Positions 10,226 through 20,599 of a stretch of DNA of 64,000 nt are shown here, one piece after another; the first letter of the stretch is position 1; each line of letters opens with the position of its first letter. This DNA comes from Rhodoferax sp. (GTDB lineage: Bacteria > Pseudomonadota > Gammaproteobacteria > Burkholderiales > Burkholderiaceae_C), in assembly GCF_030646845.1 (NCBI RefSeq), contig NZ_JAUSLE010000031.1, positions 31,892 to 95,891 on the forward strand, given 5' to 3'. The position numbers were made by a program, and so were the translations under genes. The notes under the pieces were generated by a model, which saw nothing but the letters and a program-made list of their open reading frames with translations, was not told the DNA's origin and searched no databases.

Positions 10226-11140
10226 TCAGCGCCGCACTTTGCTGGCAAAGAGTCCTTGCGGCCGGATCATCAGGATCAGTACCACCAGGGACAGCGTGAT
10301 CACTTTGGCCATCGAGCCGGACAGGAAGAATTCGGTGATCGACTGGGTCTGGGCAATGCCAAAGGCCGACACCACGGTGCCCAGCAGGCTGGCCGCACCG
10401 CCAAAAGTGACCACCAGAAATGAATCGACGATGTAGAGCGAGCCGGAGGTCGGCCCGGTGGAGCCGATCGTGGTGAAGGCCGCACCGGCCATGCCGGCAA
10501 TGCCGCAACCGATGGCAAAGGTCAGGCGGTCGGTTTTCTGGGTATTGATGCCGATGGCATTGGCCATCGTGCGGTTGCTCACCGTGGCGCGCACTCTGAG
10601 TCCCCAGCGGCTTTTGGCCAGGGCGATCAGGACGCCACATGTCACCACGGTGGTGAGGCCAAGCACGAACATGCCGTTGATCGGGATGTCCAGCCCCGGC
10701 GCAGGCGCCCAGGAGCCCAGCAGCCAGTCTGGCAGCGTAGGGCTTACCTCTTTGGGCCCGATGAAAGTCCGAAAGGCCTGCTGCATGGCCAGGCTGATAC
10801 CCCAGGTCGCCAGCAAAGTGTCCAGTGGACGTTTGTAGAGATGGCGGATGAGCGCCCACTCGACCAGCCATCCCATTCCAAAAGAAAAGGCGAAGGCCAG
10901 CACGATGGCGACAGGAAAATACAGATCATGCATTTGCGGCGCGTACTTCTCGGCCAGCGTCGAGCCCAGAAAGATGGTGTAGGCGCCAATGGTCATGAAC
11001 TCGCCATGCGCCATATTGATCACCCCCATCTGGCCAAAAATGATGGCCAGCCCCAGACCCATCAGCAGGAGCACCGCAAACAGGCTCAGACCTGCAAAGC
11101 CCTGCATCAGGCCGATGTTTAGCATCTCGGAAAAGTTCAT
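10226..11140 (-). CDS. urtB: Urea/amide ABC transporter permease
   Basis: GVINMAHGEF and RPLDTLLATWG motifs. Confidence 0.9.
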   Translation of the reverse strand: MNFSEMLNIGLMQGFAGLSLFAVLLLMGLGLAIIFGQMGVINMAHGEFMTIGAYTIFLGSTLAEKYAPQMHDLYFPVAIVLAFAFSFGMGWLVEWALIRHLYKRPLDTLLATWGISLAMQQAFRTFIGPKEVSPTLPDWLLGSWAPAPGLDIPINGMFVLGLTTVVTCGVLIALAKSRWGLRVRATVSNRTMANAIGINTQKTDRLTFAIGCGIAGMAGAAFTTIGSTGPTSGSLYIVDSFLVVTFGGAASLLGTVVSAFGIAQTQSITEFFLSGSMAKVITLSLVVLILMIRPQGLFASKVRR

Positions 11141-11184
11141 GGCGTACTCGCTGTATCAGGCTGGCTATATCAGGCCGGTTGGGG

Positions 11185-11206
11185 CGGGCCCGGCGTACCG
11201 GGCCCG
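11185..11206. other. Intercistronic stem-loop after urtA
   Basis: cgggcccgg-cgta-ccgggcccg, perfect 9-bp stem. Confidence 0.6.
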
Positions 11207-11212
11207 AAGGGA

Positions 11213-12478
11213 TTACTGGTAGCCTTTGGGGAACGGATCGGGTTTGATCAGCGCGGGCGACTCGGCCACCACCTTGAACGTGCCGTCGAGTTGCCCCTGG
11301 GCAATACGCGATTTGCTCCACAGGTGATGGTTGGCGTCAAGCTTGACGTAGCCCTCGGGAGCGGTCTTCAGCTCGATGTTGCCGGTCTCCGAAGCTGACA
11401 CCACCTTGTCGACGTCGAAGCTGCCGGCCTTCTCGACCGCCGCTTTCCACAGCCAGGGGCCCAGGTAGCCTGCCTGGGTCACGTCGCCGATCACGGCGTC
11501 CTTGCCGTACTTGGCCTTGAAGGCCGCGACGAATGCCTTGTTGTTGGGGTTGTCCAGCGACTGGAAGTACTTCATTGACGAGTAGAAGCCGGCAAAGTTC
11601 TCGCCGCCGACGCCGGTCATCTCGTCCTCGGTGACCGCCAGGGTCAGCAGCAGCTGCTTGTCGCCCGTGATGCCGGCGGCCTTCAGTGCCTTGTAGAAGG
11701 CCACGTTGGAGCCACCCACCACAGCGGTGAAGATGCAGTCAGGCTTTTGCAACTTGATCTTGTTCATCAGGGAGCCGAAATTGGTGCTGCCCAGCGGGTA
11801 ATACTCTTCGCCGACGACCTTGCCCTTCTGGAAGTTTTCAATGTGCTTGCGGGCGATCTTCATCGACGTGCGCGGCCAGATGTAATCCGAGCCGATCAGG
11901 AAGAACGTCTTGGCCTTCTTCTCCTTCTGTGCCCAGTCCAGGCCGAAGAGGATCTGCTGAGTGGCTTCCTGGCCCGTGTAGATCACGTTTTTGCTCTGCT
12001 CCAGGCCTTCGTAGAAGGTCGGGTAGTACAGCAGACCGTTCTCTTTTTCGAACACTGGCAACACGGCCTTGCGCGAGGCCGAGGTCCAGCAGCCAAACAC
12101 GGCGGCCACGTGGTCGTTGACCAGCAACTTCTTGCTTTTCTCGGCAAAGGTGGGCCAGTCGGAGGCGCCGTCTTCCTTGATCACCTTGATCTTGCGACCC
12201 AGGATGCCGCCCATGGCGTTGATCTGGTCGATCGCCAGCTGCTCTGCCTGGATCGAGCCGGTCTCGGAGATCGCCATGGTGCCGGTGGATGAGTGCAGCT
12301 GACCCACGGTGACTTCGGTGTCGGTGACGGCCAGTTTGGTTGTATTGACCTTGGCCGTGGGGAATTGCTGGGCCTGCGCCCATTTGGGGAGCACTGCCAG
12401 CGGCAAGGCCGCGGCCATACCCTGCATCAGGCGGCGCCGGTTGTTCGAAGAGGGTGAATCGCGATGGTCGTTTGACAT
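11213..12478 (-). CDS. urtA: Urea/amide ABC substrate-binding protein with Tat-like signal
   Basis: RRRL signal; HSSTGTMAISE, EDGASDW and GCWTSASRK motifs. Confidence 0.93.
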   Translation of the reverse strand: MSNDHRDSPSSNNRRRLMQGMAAALPLAVLPKWAQAQQFPTAKVNTTKLAVTDTEVTVGQLHSSTGTMAISETGSIQAEQLAIDQINAMGGILGRKIKVIKEDGASDWPTFAEKSKKLLVNDHVAAVFGCWTSASRKAVLPVFEKENGLLYYPTFYEGLEQSKNVIYTGQEATQQILFGLDWAQKEKKAKTFFLIGSDYIWPRTSMKIARKHIENFQKGKVVGEEYYPLGSTNFGSLMNKIKLQKPDCIFTAVVGGSNVAFYKALKAAGITGDKQLLLTLAVTEDEMTGVGGENFAGFYSSMKYFQSLDNPNNKAFVAAFKAKYGKDAVIGDVTQAGYLGPWLWKAAVEKAGSFDVDKVVSASETGNIELKTAPEGYVKLDANHHLWSKSRIAQGQLDGTFKVVAESPALIKPDPFPKGYQ

Positions 12479-12561
12479 GGTGAGCTCCTGCGGTTGATGG
12501 AAAGGGTTGAAAGCTTGCGCTTGGTGAGATGAATCATCTTCACAAAGGCACTCCCATCCAA

Positions 12562-12577
12562 TACGTCAATCAACGTA
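12562..12577. promoter_or_regulatory. Palindromic operator candidate TACGT-N6-ACGTA upstream of urtA
   Basis: tacgtcaatcaacgta in the divergent intergenic region. Confidence 0.55.
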
Positions 12578-12608
12578 GACAGCGGTCGCGATTGGCCTGA
12601 GAAGTGGC

Positions 12609-12624
12609 CGGCACACTTCTTGCA
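12609..12624 (+). promoter_or_regulatory. sigma54 -24/-12 promoter for sensor kinase 1
   Basis: CGGCACACTTCTTGCA (GG-N10-GC). Confidence 0.7.
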
Positions 12625-12653
12625 AAAGCCTTCATCATTCGACGGAGTCCGTT

Positions 12654-15600
12654 TTGACCATTGCCACGCAGAAAATATTCCGTATCCGTCGCGAGTACAA
12701 CGCCTGGGTCGCGGACGAATCGATCGAGGACTACGCGCTGCGCTACACGCCGCGCGGTTTTCGCAAATGGTCGGAATGGCGGGTGGGCAACACCGCCTTC
12801 GGCGCGGTGTCGTTTCTTGCGCTGGAGGCCATTGGCGGCGCCATCGCCCTGAACTATGGCTTCACCAATGCGCTGTGGGCCATCATCGTGGTGGGGTTGA
12901 TCACCTTCCTCACCGGCCTGCCCATCACCTACTACGCCGCCCGCTACGGGGTCGACATGGACCTGCTGACGCGGGGTGCGGGCTTTGGCTACCTGGGCTC
13001 GACCATCACCTCGCTGATCTACGCCAGCTTCACTTTTATCTTCTTTGCGCTGGAGGCCGCCATCATGGCGCTGGCGCTGCAGATGTACCTCGATATCCCG
13101 ATCGCCTGGTGTTACGTGATCAGTGCCTTGCTGATCGTCCCCATGGTGGTGCGCGGCATCACGCTGATTTCGAGGCTGCAGATGTGGACCCAGCCACTTT
13201 GGGGCGTGCTGCTGTTGTTGCCCTACCTCGCGGTCCTGTGGAAGAACCCGCAGGCGTTCTCCGATTTCACGGGCCTGGCCGGCCACACCTCGGGCAGCAG
13301 CGAATTCGATCCGCTCATGTTTGGTGCAGCGGCGACCGTCGCATTCTCCCTTGTGGTGCAGATCGGCGAACAGGTGGACTTCCTGCGCTTCCTGCCCGAA
13401 AAGACCCAGGCCAACCGCAAACGCTGGTGGACCGCCGTGCTGATGGCCGGACCGGGCTGGATCGTGCTGGGCATGCTCAAAATGCTGGGCGGCGCGTTCC
13501 TGGCCTTTCTGGTCCTGCAGCACGAGCTGCCGGTGGCCAGGGCGGTGGAACCCACGCAGATGTACCTGGCCGGATTTTCCTATGTGTTCACCGACCCGGC
13601 GTGGGTGCTGGCGGCCACGGTGCTGTTCGTGGTGCTGTCGCAGCTCAAGATCAACCTCACCAACGCGTACGCGGGGTCGCTGGCGTGGTCCAACTTCTTC
13701 GCACGGCTGACCCACAGCCACCCGGGCCGTGTCGTGTGGCTGGTGTTCAACGTGGCCATCGCCCTGCTGCTGATGACGCTGGGGGTTTTCTCCGCGCTGG
13801 AAAAAGTGCTGGGGCTCTATGCCAATGTGGCCATTGCGTGGGTCGGCGCGCTGGTGGCCGACCTGGTCATCAACAAACCCCTGGGTCTCAGTCCGCCGGG
13901 CATCGAGTTCAAGCGGGCCCATCTCTACGACATCAACCCGGTCGGCCTGGGCTCGATGCTGCTGGCGGCCGCCGTCGCCGTGGTCGCCTACACCGGCCTC
14001 ATGGGCCCGCAGGCCGAGGCCTTTTCACCGTTCATTGCGCTCGCCACCTCCATGGTTCTGTCACCGCTGCTGGCATGGTTCACCAAGGGGCGTTACTACA
14101 TCGCCCGTCAGCCGCAGGCGATGGGTGTACCGGGTCAAATGGTGCGTTGCCATGTGTGTGAGAACGCCTTCGAGGCAGAAGACATGGCCAGCTGCCCGGC
14201 CTACGGCGCCCCCATCTGCTCCCTGTGCTGCACGCTGGAGTCACGCTGCCACGACCGCTGCAAAACCCGATCGCGCGCGGCCGAGCAGGCTGAACAGTTC
14301 CTCAGCACCCTGCTACCCAGCGCCTTGTCGAGCCGGGTGAACTTTCGGGTCGGCCACTACATCGTCGTGACGCTGTCACTGTGTGCCCTGCTCGCCACGG
14401 TCATGGGCATGGTGTACACGCAGGAGACGGCCCTGCCGCTTGCCGCCGATCCGGTCGCCCTGTTGCGGTCTGCCTTCGTGAAGGTGTTTGCCATGCTGCT
14501 GCTGATCGTGGCGGTCTGCAGCTGGTGGGTGGTTTTGGGCAGCGAAAGCCGACGCATGGCGCAGGACGAGTCCAACCGCCAGAACCAGCTGCTCTCGCGC
14601 GAGATTGAGGCGCATCAGCGCACCGATGCAGCCCTGCAGGCCGCCAAGGAACTTGCCGAGTCTGCCAATCAGGCCAAGACACGCTATGTGGCAGGCATGA
14701 CACACGAGTTGCGAACACCACTCAACAGCATCCTGGGGTACTCGCAAATCCTGCTCAAAAGCGAAGTGCTGGCCAACACCTCTCGCGAAGCCGTGCAAAC
14801 CATTCATCGCAGCGGTGAACACCTGCTGGCGCTGGTTGACGGACTGCTGGACCTGGCCCGCATCGAGGCGGGTCGGCTGCGGCTGGAGCCGACGCCGCTG
14901 CCCCTGCCCGACTTTCTGGACGAGTTGGTGAGCATGGTGCGGCCACAGGCCGAGGCCAAGGACGTGGACTTCACCTACACCCACAGTGGGCGCATGCCAG
15001 CCTGGGTGCAGGCGGATGCCAAGCGTCTGCGCCAGATCATCATCAACCTGTTGAGCAATGCCGTTCGCTTTACGGATTCGGGAACCGTGACCCTTCACGT
15101 GGATTGCCGCAGTGATGTGATCCGGTTTGACGTGGTGGACACCGGCATCGGCATCGCCCCACAGGATCAGCAGCGCATTTTCCTGCCCTTTGAACGCGGC
15201 GCTGCCGGGCGGCGCCGGGGTGAACCGGGCACCGGGCTGGGTCTGACGATCACGGCCTTGCTCACCTCGCTGATGGGAGGGGACCTGTCATTGCAGAGCG
15301 AACCCGGCAAGGGCAGCACCTTCAGCGTCCGGCTGTACCTGCGGGAAATCGATGACCCCGGCCCTCTGGCTGACCCGCCACACCAGATCGCTGGCTTCTT
15401 CGGCAAGCGCAGAACCTTGCTGGTGGTGGACGACCAGCCAGTGCAACGTCAGATGCTGGCTGGCATGCTCAGCCCTCTGGGCTTTGAAGTCCATGAGGCG
15501 GCCAGCGGCATGGAGTGCATCGACAGCCTGAAGGACAACCTGCCAGATGCGATCCTGCTCGACATCAGCATGGATGGCATGGATGGCTGGCAAACGGCGG

Positions 15601-16040
15601 TTCAAATTCGTGGCAAGGGGTATGACAGCGTGCCCATCATCGTGGTGTCGGCCAACGTATTCGAGAACCAGGCCTCACGGCTCAAAGCCGCAGGCTGCCA
15701 GGCGTTTGTGGGCAAGCCCGTGCTTGAGTCAGAGCTGATGGACGCCTTGCAGCGCCATATGGGGTTGGAATGGGTGACCGCAGACGTCCTGCCGCCAGTC
15801 CCGGCCTCAGCCGGTCCGACCGGCGAAAGACTCAAACTCCCGGAAGACGCCCGCGCCGAACTCATCCGGCTGGTGCGGCTTGGCCACGTCCATGGCCTGC
15901 TCCGCCTGCTTGACCGCTTTGTGGCGGAAGACCCCACGCTCGAAGCCCATTGCACCAGGTTGCGCGGCTTCGTCAGCCGTTGCGAGCTTGAATCCCTGCT
16001 GGACCTTTTGACCGAGGAAGAAGATGCCTGCGAATCCTGA
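12654..16040 (+). CDS. Hybrid sensor kinase 1: NCS1-like permease, Cys-rich domain, HisKA/HATPase, REC
   Basis: Many TM helices; CHVC...CSLCC; MTHELRTPL, NLLSNA and DTGIG boxes; LLDISM receiver. Confidence 0.9.
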   Translation: MTIATQKIFRIRREYNAWVADESIEDYALRYTPRGFRKWSEWRVGNTAFGAVSFLALEAIGGAIALNYGFTNALWAIIVVGLITFLTGLPITYYAARYGVDMDLLTRGAGFGYLGSTITSLIYASFTFIFFALEAAIMALALQMYLDIPIAWCYVISALLIVPMVVRGITLISRLQMWTQPLWGVLLLLPYLAVLWKNPQAFSDFTGLAGHTSGSSEFDPLMFGAAATVAFSLVVQIGEQVDFLRFLPEKTQANRKRWWTAVLMAGPGWIVLGMLKMLGGAFLAFLVLQHELPVARAVEPTQMYLAGFSYVFTDPAWVLAATVLFVVLSQLKINLTNAYAGSLAWSNFFARLTHSHPGRVVWLVFNVAIALLLMTLGVFSALEKVLGLYANVAIAWVGALVADLVINKPLGLSPPGIEFKRAHLYDINPVGLGSMLLAAAVAVVAYTGLMGPQAEAFSPFIALATSMVLSPLLAWFTKGRYYIARQPQAMGVPGQMVRCHVCENAFEAEDMASCPAYGAPICSLCCTLESRCHDRCKTRSRAAEQAEQFLSTLLPSALSSRVNFRVGHYIVVTLSLCALLATVMGMVYTQETALPLAADPVALLRSAFVKVFAMLLLIVAVCSWWVVLGSESRRMAQDESNRQNQLLSREIEAHQRTDAALQAAKELAESANQAKTRYVAGMTHELRTPLNSILGYSQILLKSEVLANTSREAVQTIHRSGEHLLALVDGLLDLARIEAGRLRLEPTPLPLPDFLDELVSMVRPQAEAKDVDFTYTHSGRMPAWVQADAKRLRQIIINLLSNAVRFTDSGTVTLHVDCRSDVIRFDVVDTGIGIAPQDQQRIFLPFERGAAGRRRGEPGTGLGLTITALLTSLMGGDLSLQSEPGKGSTFSVRLYLREIDDPGPLADPPHQIAGFFGKRRTLLVVDDQPVQRQMLAGMLSPLGFEVHEAASGMECIDSLKDNLPDAILLDISMDGMDGWQTAVQIRGKGYDSVPIIVVSANVFENQASRLKAAGCQAFVGKPVLESELMDALQRHMGLEWVTADVLPPVPASAGPTGERLKLPEDARAELIRLVRLGHVHGLLRLLDRFVAEDPTLEAHCTRLRGFVSRCELESLLDLLTEEEDACES

Positions 16041-16917
16041 CCCGCAACGCCCGGTCGTGCTGGTGGTGGATGACACCCCCAGCAGCCTGGGCATGTTGTG
16101 CGATACGCTAGAGGGCGAGGGCTACACCGTGCTGGTGGCGCGGGATGGGGATGCTGCGCTGCAGCGCCTTGAACTGGTGGCGCCGGACGCCATCCTGCTC
16201 GATGCCGTCATGCCGGGTCTGTCGGGCTTTGACACCTGCCGGCTCATCAAGGCGAACCCGGTGCTGGCGCACATTCCCGTGATCTTCATGACCGGCCTGT
16301 CGGAGACGCCGCATGTGCTGGAGGGTTTTGCCTGCGGCGGTGTCGACTATGTGGTCAAACCCTTGCGCGCACAGGAGGTGGTGGCCCGCCTGCACACCCA
16401 TACCCGCAATGCCCGCATGACCCGGCTGGCCCGCGAGGCCGTTGATGTGGCCGGCTTCGGGGTGGTTCTGGTGGACGCGCGGGGACGCATCGCCTGGCGC
16501 TCGCCACAGGCGGCCCGGTGGCTTCAGACCTCGGACAGTGGTGCGGCCGACGGGCGCCTGCCCGAGCCTGTGTACGCCGCCCTGGACGGCGATAGCGACC
16601 AGGTGCTATTGACACTGGCGGGCGTGCAGCTGTCGGTACGCAATATGGGACGGGTTGGCATTGGCGAGACCATGCTGCTGCTGGAACAGCGCAGCGCCAA
16701 TGGAGGCGCCCCCTCCCGACTGGCCAATGCCGCCTTGACGCCACGCGAAACCGAAGTGCTGTCATGGCTGGCCAAGGGAAAAACCAACCGCGACATTGGC
16801 GACATCCTCGGCATGAGCCACCGAACGGTGAACAAACACCTGGAACACATTTTTGAGAAGCTCGGGGTCGAGACCCGCGCTGCTGCCGCGGCACTTGCCA
16901 GCGGGCACATGCTTTGA
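16024..16917 (+). CDS. REC-LuxR response regulator 1
   Basis: VVDD, LLDAVMP and KP receiver; LTPRE...GKTNRDIG HTH. Confidence 0.92.
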   Translation: MPANPDPQRPVVLVVDDTPSSLGMLCDTLEGEGYTVLVARDGDAALQRLELVAPDAILLDAVMPGLSGFDTCRLIKANPVLAHIPVIFMTGLSETPHVLEGFACGGVDYVVKPLRAQEVVARLHTHTRNARMTRLAREAVDVAGFGVVLVDARGRIAWRSPQAARWLQTSDSGAADGRLPEPVYAALDGDSDQVLLTLAGVQLSVRNMGRVGIGETMLLLEQRSANGGAPSRLANAALTPRETEVLSWLAKGKTNRDIGDILGMSHRTVNKHLEHIFEKLGVETRAAAAALASGHML

Positions 16918-16925
16918 GACAGCGA

Positions 16926-18398
16926 CTAGCCCACCAGCACGAAGTCAATGAACCCGCGCTCCACGTTGGTCCCCACCAGCTTGACGCTGACTTTGTCGCC
17001 GACTTTCAGACCACCGTCGCCTTCCACCAGTTTGCCGTCGGCGGGCGGTGAAAAAATCCGGACCCAGACGCCGTCGTCGGTGCTGCCATTGACAACGCCG
17101 TCAAAGCGCTGGCCCAGGCGGGATTCGAGCAGCAGCGCCGCCTCGGACTTGCGCATGCGCCGCTCCACTTTCTGGGCGGAGTCTTCCTGGCGGGTGCAGT
17201 GCATGGCCAGTTCGACCAGCTCGGCATTCGAATACGGTTGCGGCTCATCGGCCAGCGCCGCCTTGAGCAGCCGCGAGGTGATCAGGTCGGGAAAGCGCCG
17301 GTTTGGCGCGGTGGAGTGCGTGTAGTCGCGCACGGCCAGGCCAAAGTGGCCAATCGGCGGTCCACCGGGCGTCTCCACCACATACTCGCCGGAACCCATG
17401 AGCCGGACGATGACCAGCGACAGGTCGGGAAAGCGCAGCGGGTCGGCCTTGGGGCGTTTGGCCAGAAAGGCTTCGAGTGCCTTGGAATCAGGGTCGGCCG
17501 GCAGGGTCTCACCGTACTCCTTGGCCACCGCCACGATGCGCAGCCAGCGCTCGGGCGAGCGCACCACGCGCCGCAACGAGGCGCCGCCCCGCCCCGCCAG
17601 ATAACGTGCGGTGCAGCCGTTGGTGGCGATCATCACCTCCTCGATCAACTGACGCGCGCGGTTTTGCACCTGCTGGCGAATGTCGACCACCTCCTCACCC
17701 TCAAACACAGCGCGCGGCTGGAAAGTCTCCAGCTCCAGCGAACCCTCGGCATGGCGGCGCACCCGCAGTGTCTGGGCGATCAGGTCCTGGGTGCGCAGCT
17801 GCGCCTCCATGCCGGGCACGGCCGCCGCCGCCGCAGGCAGGGCGGCGTCGCCATCGATCCAGGCGCTCACGGCGTCATAGGCCAGCTTGGCCTTGTTGCG
17901 CACCCTGGCGCGGTACACGGTGGAGCCCGCCAGCGAGCCGTCGGCGTTGAAGACCATCTCGGTCACCAGCGCCAGCCGGTCCTCATTGAAATTGAGCGAG
18001 GTCAGGTCGGTGGACAGGCGCTCGGGCAGCATCGGGAAGATGCGGGCCGAGGTGTAGACGGACGTCGTGTTGATGAGGGCGTGCTCGTCAATCGGTGTGC
18101 CCTTCTTCACCAGCGCGTCCACATCGGCAATGGCCACCCACAGCCTGACCTTGCCCTGCGCCAGCACCTCGCTGACGGTGAGCTGGTCCAGATCGAGCGA
18201 GTCATCGTTGTCGAGGGAACACCAGAGCAGATGGGTGAGATCGCGTATGGCCGGGTCAGCCTCGTTGCCGGGGCCGGTGATGGCAGCCACTTGATGCTCG
18301 ACACGGGAGGAAAACTCGGGTTCGAGGCCGCGCTCCGCCATGGCGCGGGTGGCAATGCGAACTAGGTCGGAGCGGTGATGGAGGTGTTTGTCGTGCAT
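16926..18398 (-). CDS. RNB-domain exoribonuclease (RNase II/R-like, short form)
   Basis: SLDNDDSLDLDQ, AIADV and HFGLA...YTHSTAPNRRFPDL; C-terminal S1-like domain. Confidence 0.88.
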   Translation of the reverse strand: MHDKHLHHRSDLVRIATRAMAERGLEPEFSSRVEHQVAAITGPGNEADPAIRDLTHLLWCSLDNDDSLDLDQLTVSEVLAQGKVRLWVAIADVDALVKKGTPIDEHALINTTSVYTSARIFPMLPERLSTDLTSLNFNEDRLALVTEMVFNADGSLAGSTVYRARVRNKAKLAYDAVSAWIDGDAALPAAAAAVPGMEAQLRTQDLIAQTLRVRRHAEGSLELETFQPRAVFEGEEVVDIRQQVQNRARQLIEEVMIATNGCTARYLAGRGGASLRRVVRSPERWLRIVAVAKEYGETLPADPDSKALEAFLAKRPKADPLRFPDLSLVIVRLMGSGEYVVETPGGPPIGHFGLAVRDYTHSTAPNRRFPDLITSRLLKAALADEPQPYSNAELVELAMHCTRQEDSAQKVERRMRKSEAALLLESRLGQRFDGVVNGSTDDGVWVRIFSPPADGKLVEGDGGLKVGDKVSVKLVGTNVERGFIDFVLVG

Positions 18399-18465
18399 GA
18401 GGGCAATATACCGCGGCGGGCCATGGCCCTCGCCCGCGCGACCCCCCAAACGCCCCGGCCGCCGG

Positions 18466-18843
18466 TCAGCGGCCGGTGAACAGATGCGAGAGCTCGCGGT
18501 TCATCAGGTCAGCGTCCCCGCTGTTCAACTCAAGGAGCCGGCGCAGCCGCGTCAGGCTGGTCACATCGATGTCCTGGCATTCGATGCCGACGTGCTGGTT
18601 GTCCAGATGGACGATCTTTCCCGCCATCACGATCCCCTCGCCGCCATCGGTCAGGGGCAGCACCAGGCGGCATTCTTCCTGCAATACGAGCGGCTGTGGC
18701 GTGTCAGTCTGCACCAGCGCGCCCTTGAGCGCGATGTCGATCAGGTGGACGTTGATGGTCCGGTCATGCAGGTGCAGCAACACCTCGGCATGAAACGGTA
18801 TGCGAGAGTAATGACGAAGGCCTTTGATCGTTGTTGTCTTCAT
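18466..18843 (-). CDS. PilZ-domain protein
   Basis: RHYSR (RxxxR) and DIALKG motifs. Confidence 0.85.
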   Translation of the reverse strand: MKTTTIKGLRHYSRIPFHAEVLLHLHDRTINVHLIDIALKGALVQTDTPQPLVLQEECRLVLPLTDGGEGIVMAGKIVHLDNQHVGIECQDIDVTSLTRLRRLLELNSGDADLMNRELSHLFTGR

Positions 18844-18930
18844 GGTGGGTCCCCGAAAACGCTGGTGCGCTGGTGAGTCAGGGGCAAGGTTACGGGGCTT
18901 TGCCGCAAAGCGCAATACCGTCCAGCATTC

Positions 18931-18984
18931 GCTATGCATTTGATAGCTACTAACGCTTATGACACGGGGGCCAGAGGCCAAAAC
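18931..18984 (+). repeat. Dispersed repeat copy 2
   Basis: gctatgcatttgatagc + 20 nt + gggccagaggcc. Confidence 0.8.
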
Positions 18985-19153
18985 CGCTATATAGATCGAG
19001 TCAAGCGCGCCAACCATCCGCACCGCCATTGTGGCGGCGTTTGACGGTCATCAATGCCCATGGCGGCGCCGCCCCTAGCATGGATGGCGCCAGTGATCGG
19101 CAGGCGAAGTCCGCCCCGCCGTGTTGACTTGCTGGCGGTATTGAGAGGCACCC

Positions 19154-20599
19154 ATGACAACCTATGCGATGAGCCCTGCCGACGCGGCTTGGTACCACAT
19201 GGACGGGCCAGCGAATCTGGCCATCGTGACAGGCGTCCTGCTGACGAAGGACCCACTCGACTTCGACCGGGTGCGCGCGGTCTACCAGGAGCGGCTGCTT
19301 GGCTTCGATCGCTTCCGCCAGCGCGTGGTTGAGGCCGGTTTCCCCCTGGCGACACCGCACTGGGAGGACATGGCGCACTTTGACATCGACCAGCACCTGC
19401 ACCACATTGCCCTGGCCGCACCCTACGACCAGGCGGCTTTGCGGGCGCTGATCAGCGACATCGCAAGCACGCCACTGGACCTCACGCAACCGCTATGGCA
19501 GGTGTATGTGGTCGACGATGTCGAGGGTGGCAGCGCCTTGATCATGCGTTACCACCACTGCATTGCCGACGGGACGGCGATGATGACGGTGATCGGAAAG
19601 CTGTTCGACACGACGCCCGGCGCGCCGCTCCATCCGCATGGAACGACGGATGCCGCGCCGGCTGGCCAGCCCGCGGGCGACGGATTGCTGGCGCCGGCGC
19701 TCGACGCGATCGAACGCGCCGCCCACGACGCGATGGCGATGGCCAGCGCCACGGTCGATATCGTCACGCATCCACAGCAGGCAATCGACCAGGCGAAGCG
19801 GGTGCTGGGCGGTGCCGGCATGCTGCTGGGCGAGTTGCTGAAAACCTCCGATCCCCAGTCTCCCCTGAAAGGCGAATTCGGGCTTCGAAAGCACGTCGCC
19901 TGGTCCCGGCCCGTCGCGATCAAGGACGCCAAGGCCATTGGCGCGCAGCACGGCGCCAAGGTCAACGACGTGCTCGTGGCGGCCATGACGGGCGCCCTGC
20001 GCAGCTACCTGAAGGGCCGCGATGTCGACGTCGATCACACCACGCTTCGCGCCATGGTCCCGGTCGACGTGCGCCCGCCGGAGCGGGCTGGCGAACTGGG
20101 CAACGAGTTCGGGCTGGTGCTCCTTGATCTGGCAGTGGCCAGCGCCCGCCCGGCGCAGCGCCTGGCCAGGACCAAGGCCGGCATGGATGCGCTGAAACAT
20201 TCGCCGGAACCGATCGCAACGCGCGTCCTGTTCGACATCCTGGGACGCGTGCCCAAAGCGCTGGAGGACCTCTCCAACGAACTCTACGGCAGCAAAGCCA
20301 GCCTCGTCATGACCAACGTCGCGGGGCCGCGCGAATTGCTTTACCTGGCGGGCGTGCCGATCGACCGCATGTTTTCCTGGGCACCCCATCCGGGCAAAGA
20401 GCTCGGCATGGCGATCAGCATCCTGAGCTACCGGGGGCTGGCCACCCTGACCGTGATCGGCGACGCGCACCTGGTGCCCGACCCCGAGACGATCACCGAC
20501 CTGTTCAACCGCGAGTTCGAGACGATGCGCCGCGCGTTGAAGGCGGATACCGCGAAGGCGCCGGCCAGAAAGCGGGCCCCGCGGCATGCCCCACGCTAG
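19154..20599 (+). CDS. Wax ester synthase/diacylglycerol acyltransferase (WS/DGAT)
   Basis: HHCIADG catalytic motif; PLW, KVNDV and TNVAGP. Confidence 0.93.
   Translation: MTTYAMSPADAAWYHMDGPANLAIVTGVLLTKDPLDFDRVRAVYQERLLGFDRFRQRVVEAGFPLATPHWEDMAHFDIDQHLHHIALAAPYDQAALRALISDIASTPLDLTQPLWQVYVVDDVEGGSALIMRYHHCIADGTAMMTVIGKLFDTTPGAPLHPHGTTDAAPAGQPAGDGLLAPALDAIERAAHDAMAMASATVDIVTHPQQAIDQAKRVLGGAGMLLGELLKTSDPQSPLKGEFGLRKHVAWSRPVAIKDAKAIGAQHGAKVNDVLVAAMTGALRSYLKGRDVDVDHTTLRAMVPVDVRPPERAGELGNEFGLVLLDLAVASARPAQRLARTKAGMDALKHSPEPIATRVLFDILGRVPKALEDLSNELYGSKASLVMTNVAGPRELLYLAGVPIDRMFSWAPHPGKELGMAISILSYRGLATLTVIGDAHLVPDPETITDLFNREFETMRRALKADTAKAPARKRAPRHAPR

Noticed and set aside
12570-13922. Long antisense or alternative-frame ORFs (also 22188-24047, 28743-31112, 37732-39465, 42067-43521, 46890-48248)
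   Set aside because: Shadows of real genes caused by high-GC codon bias; no motifs.
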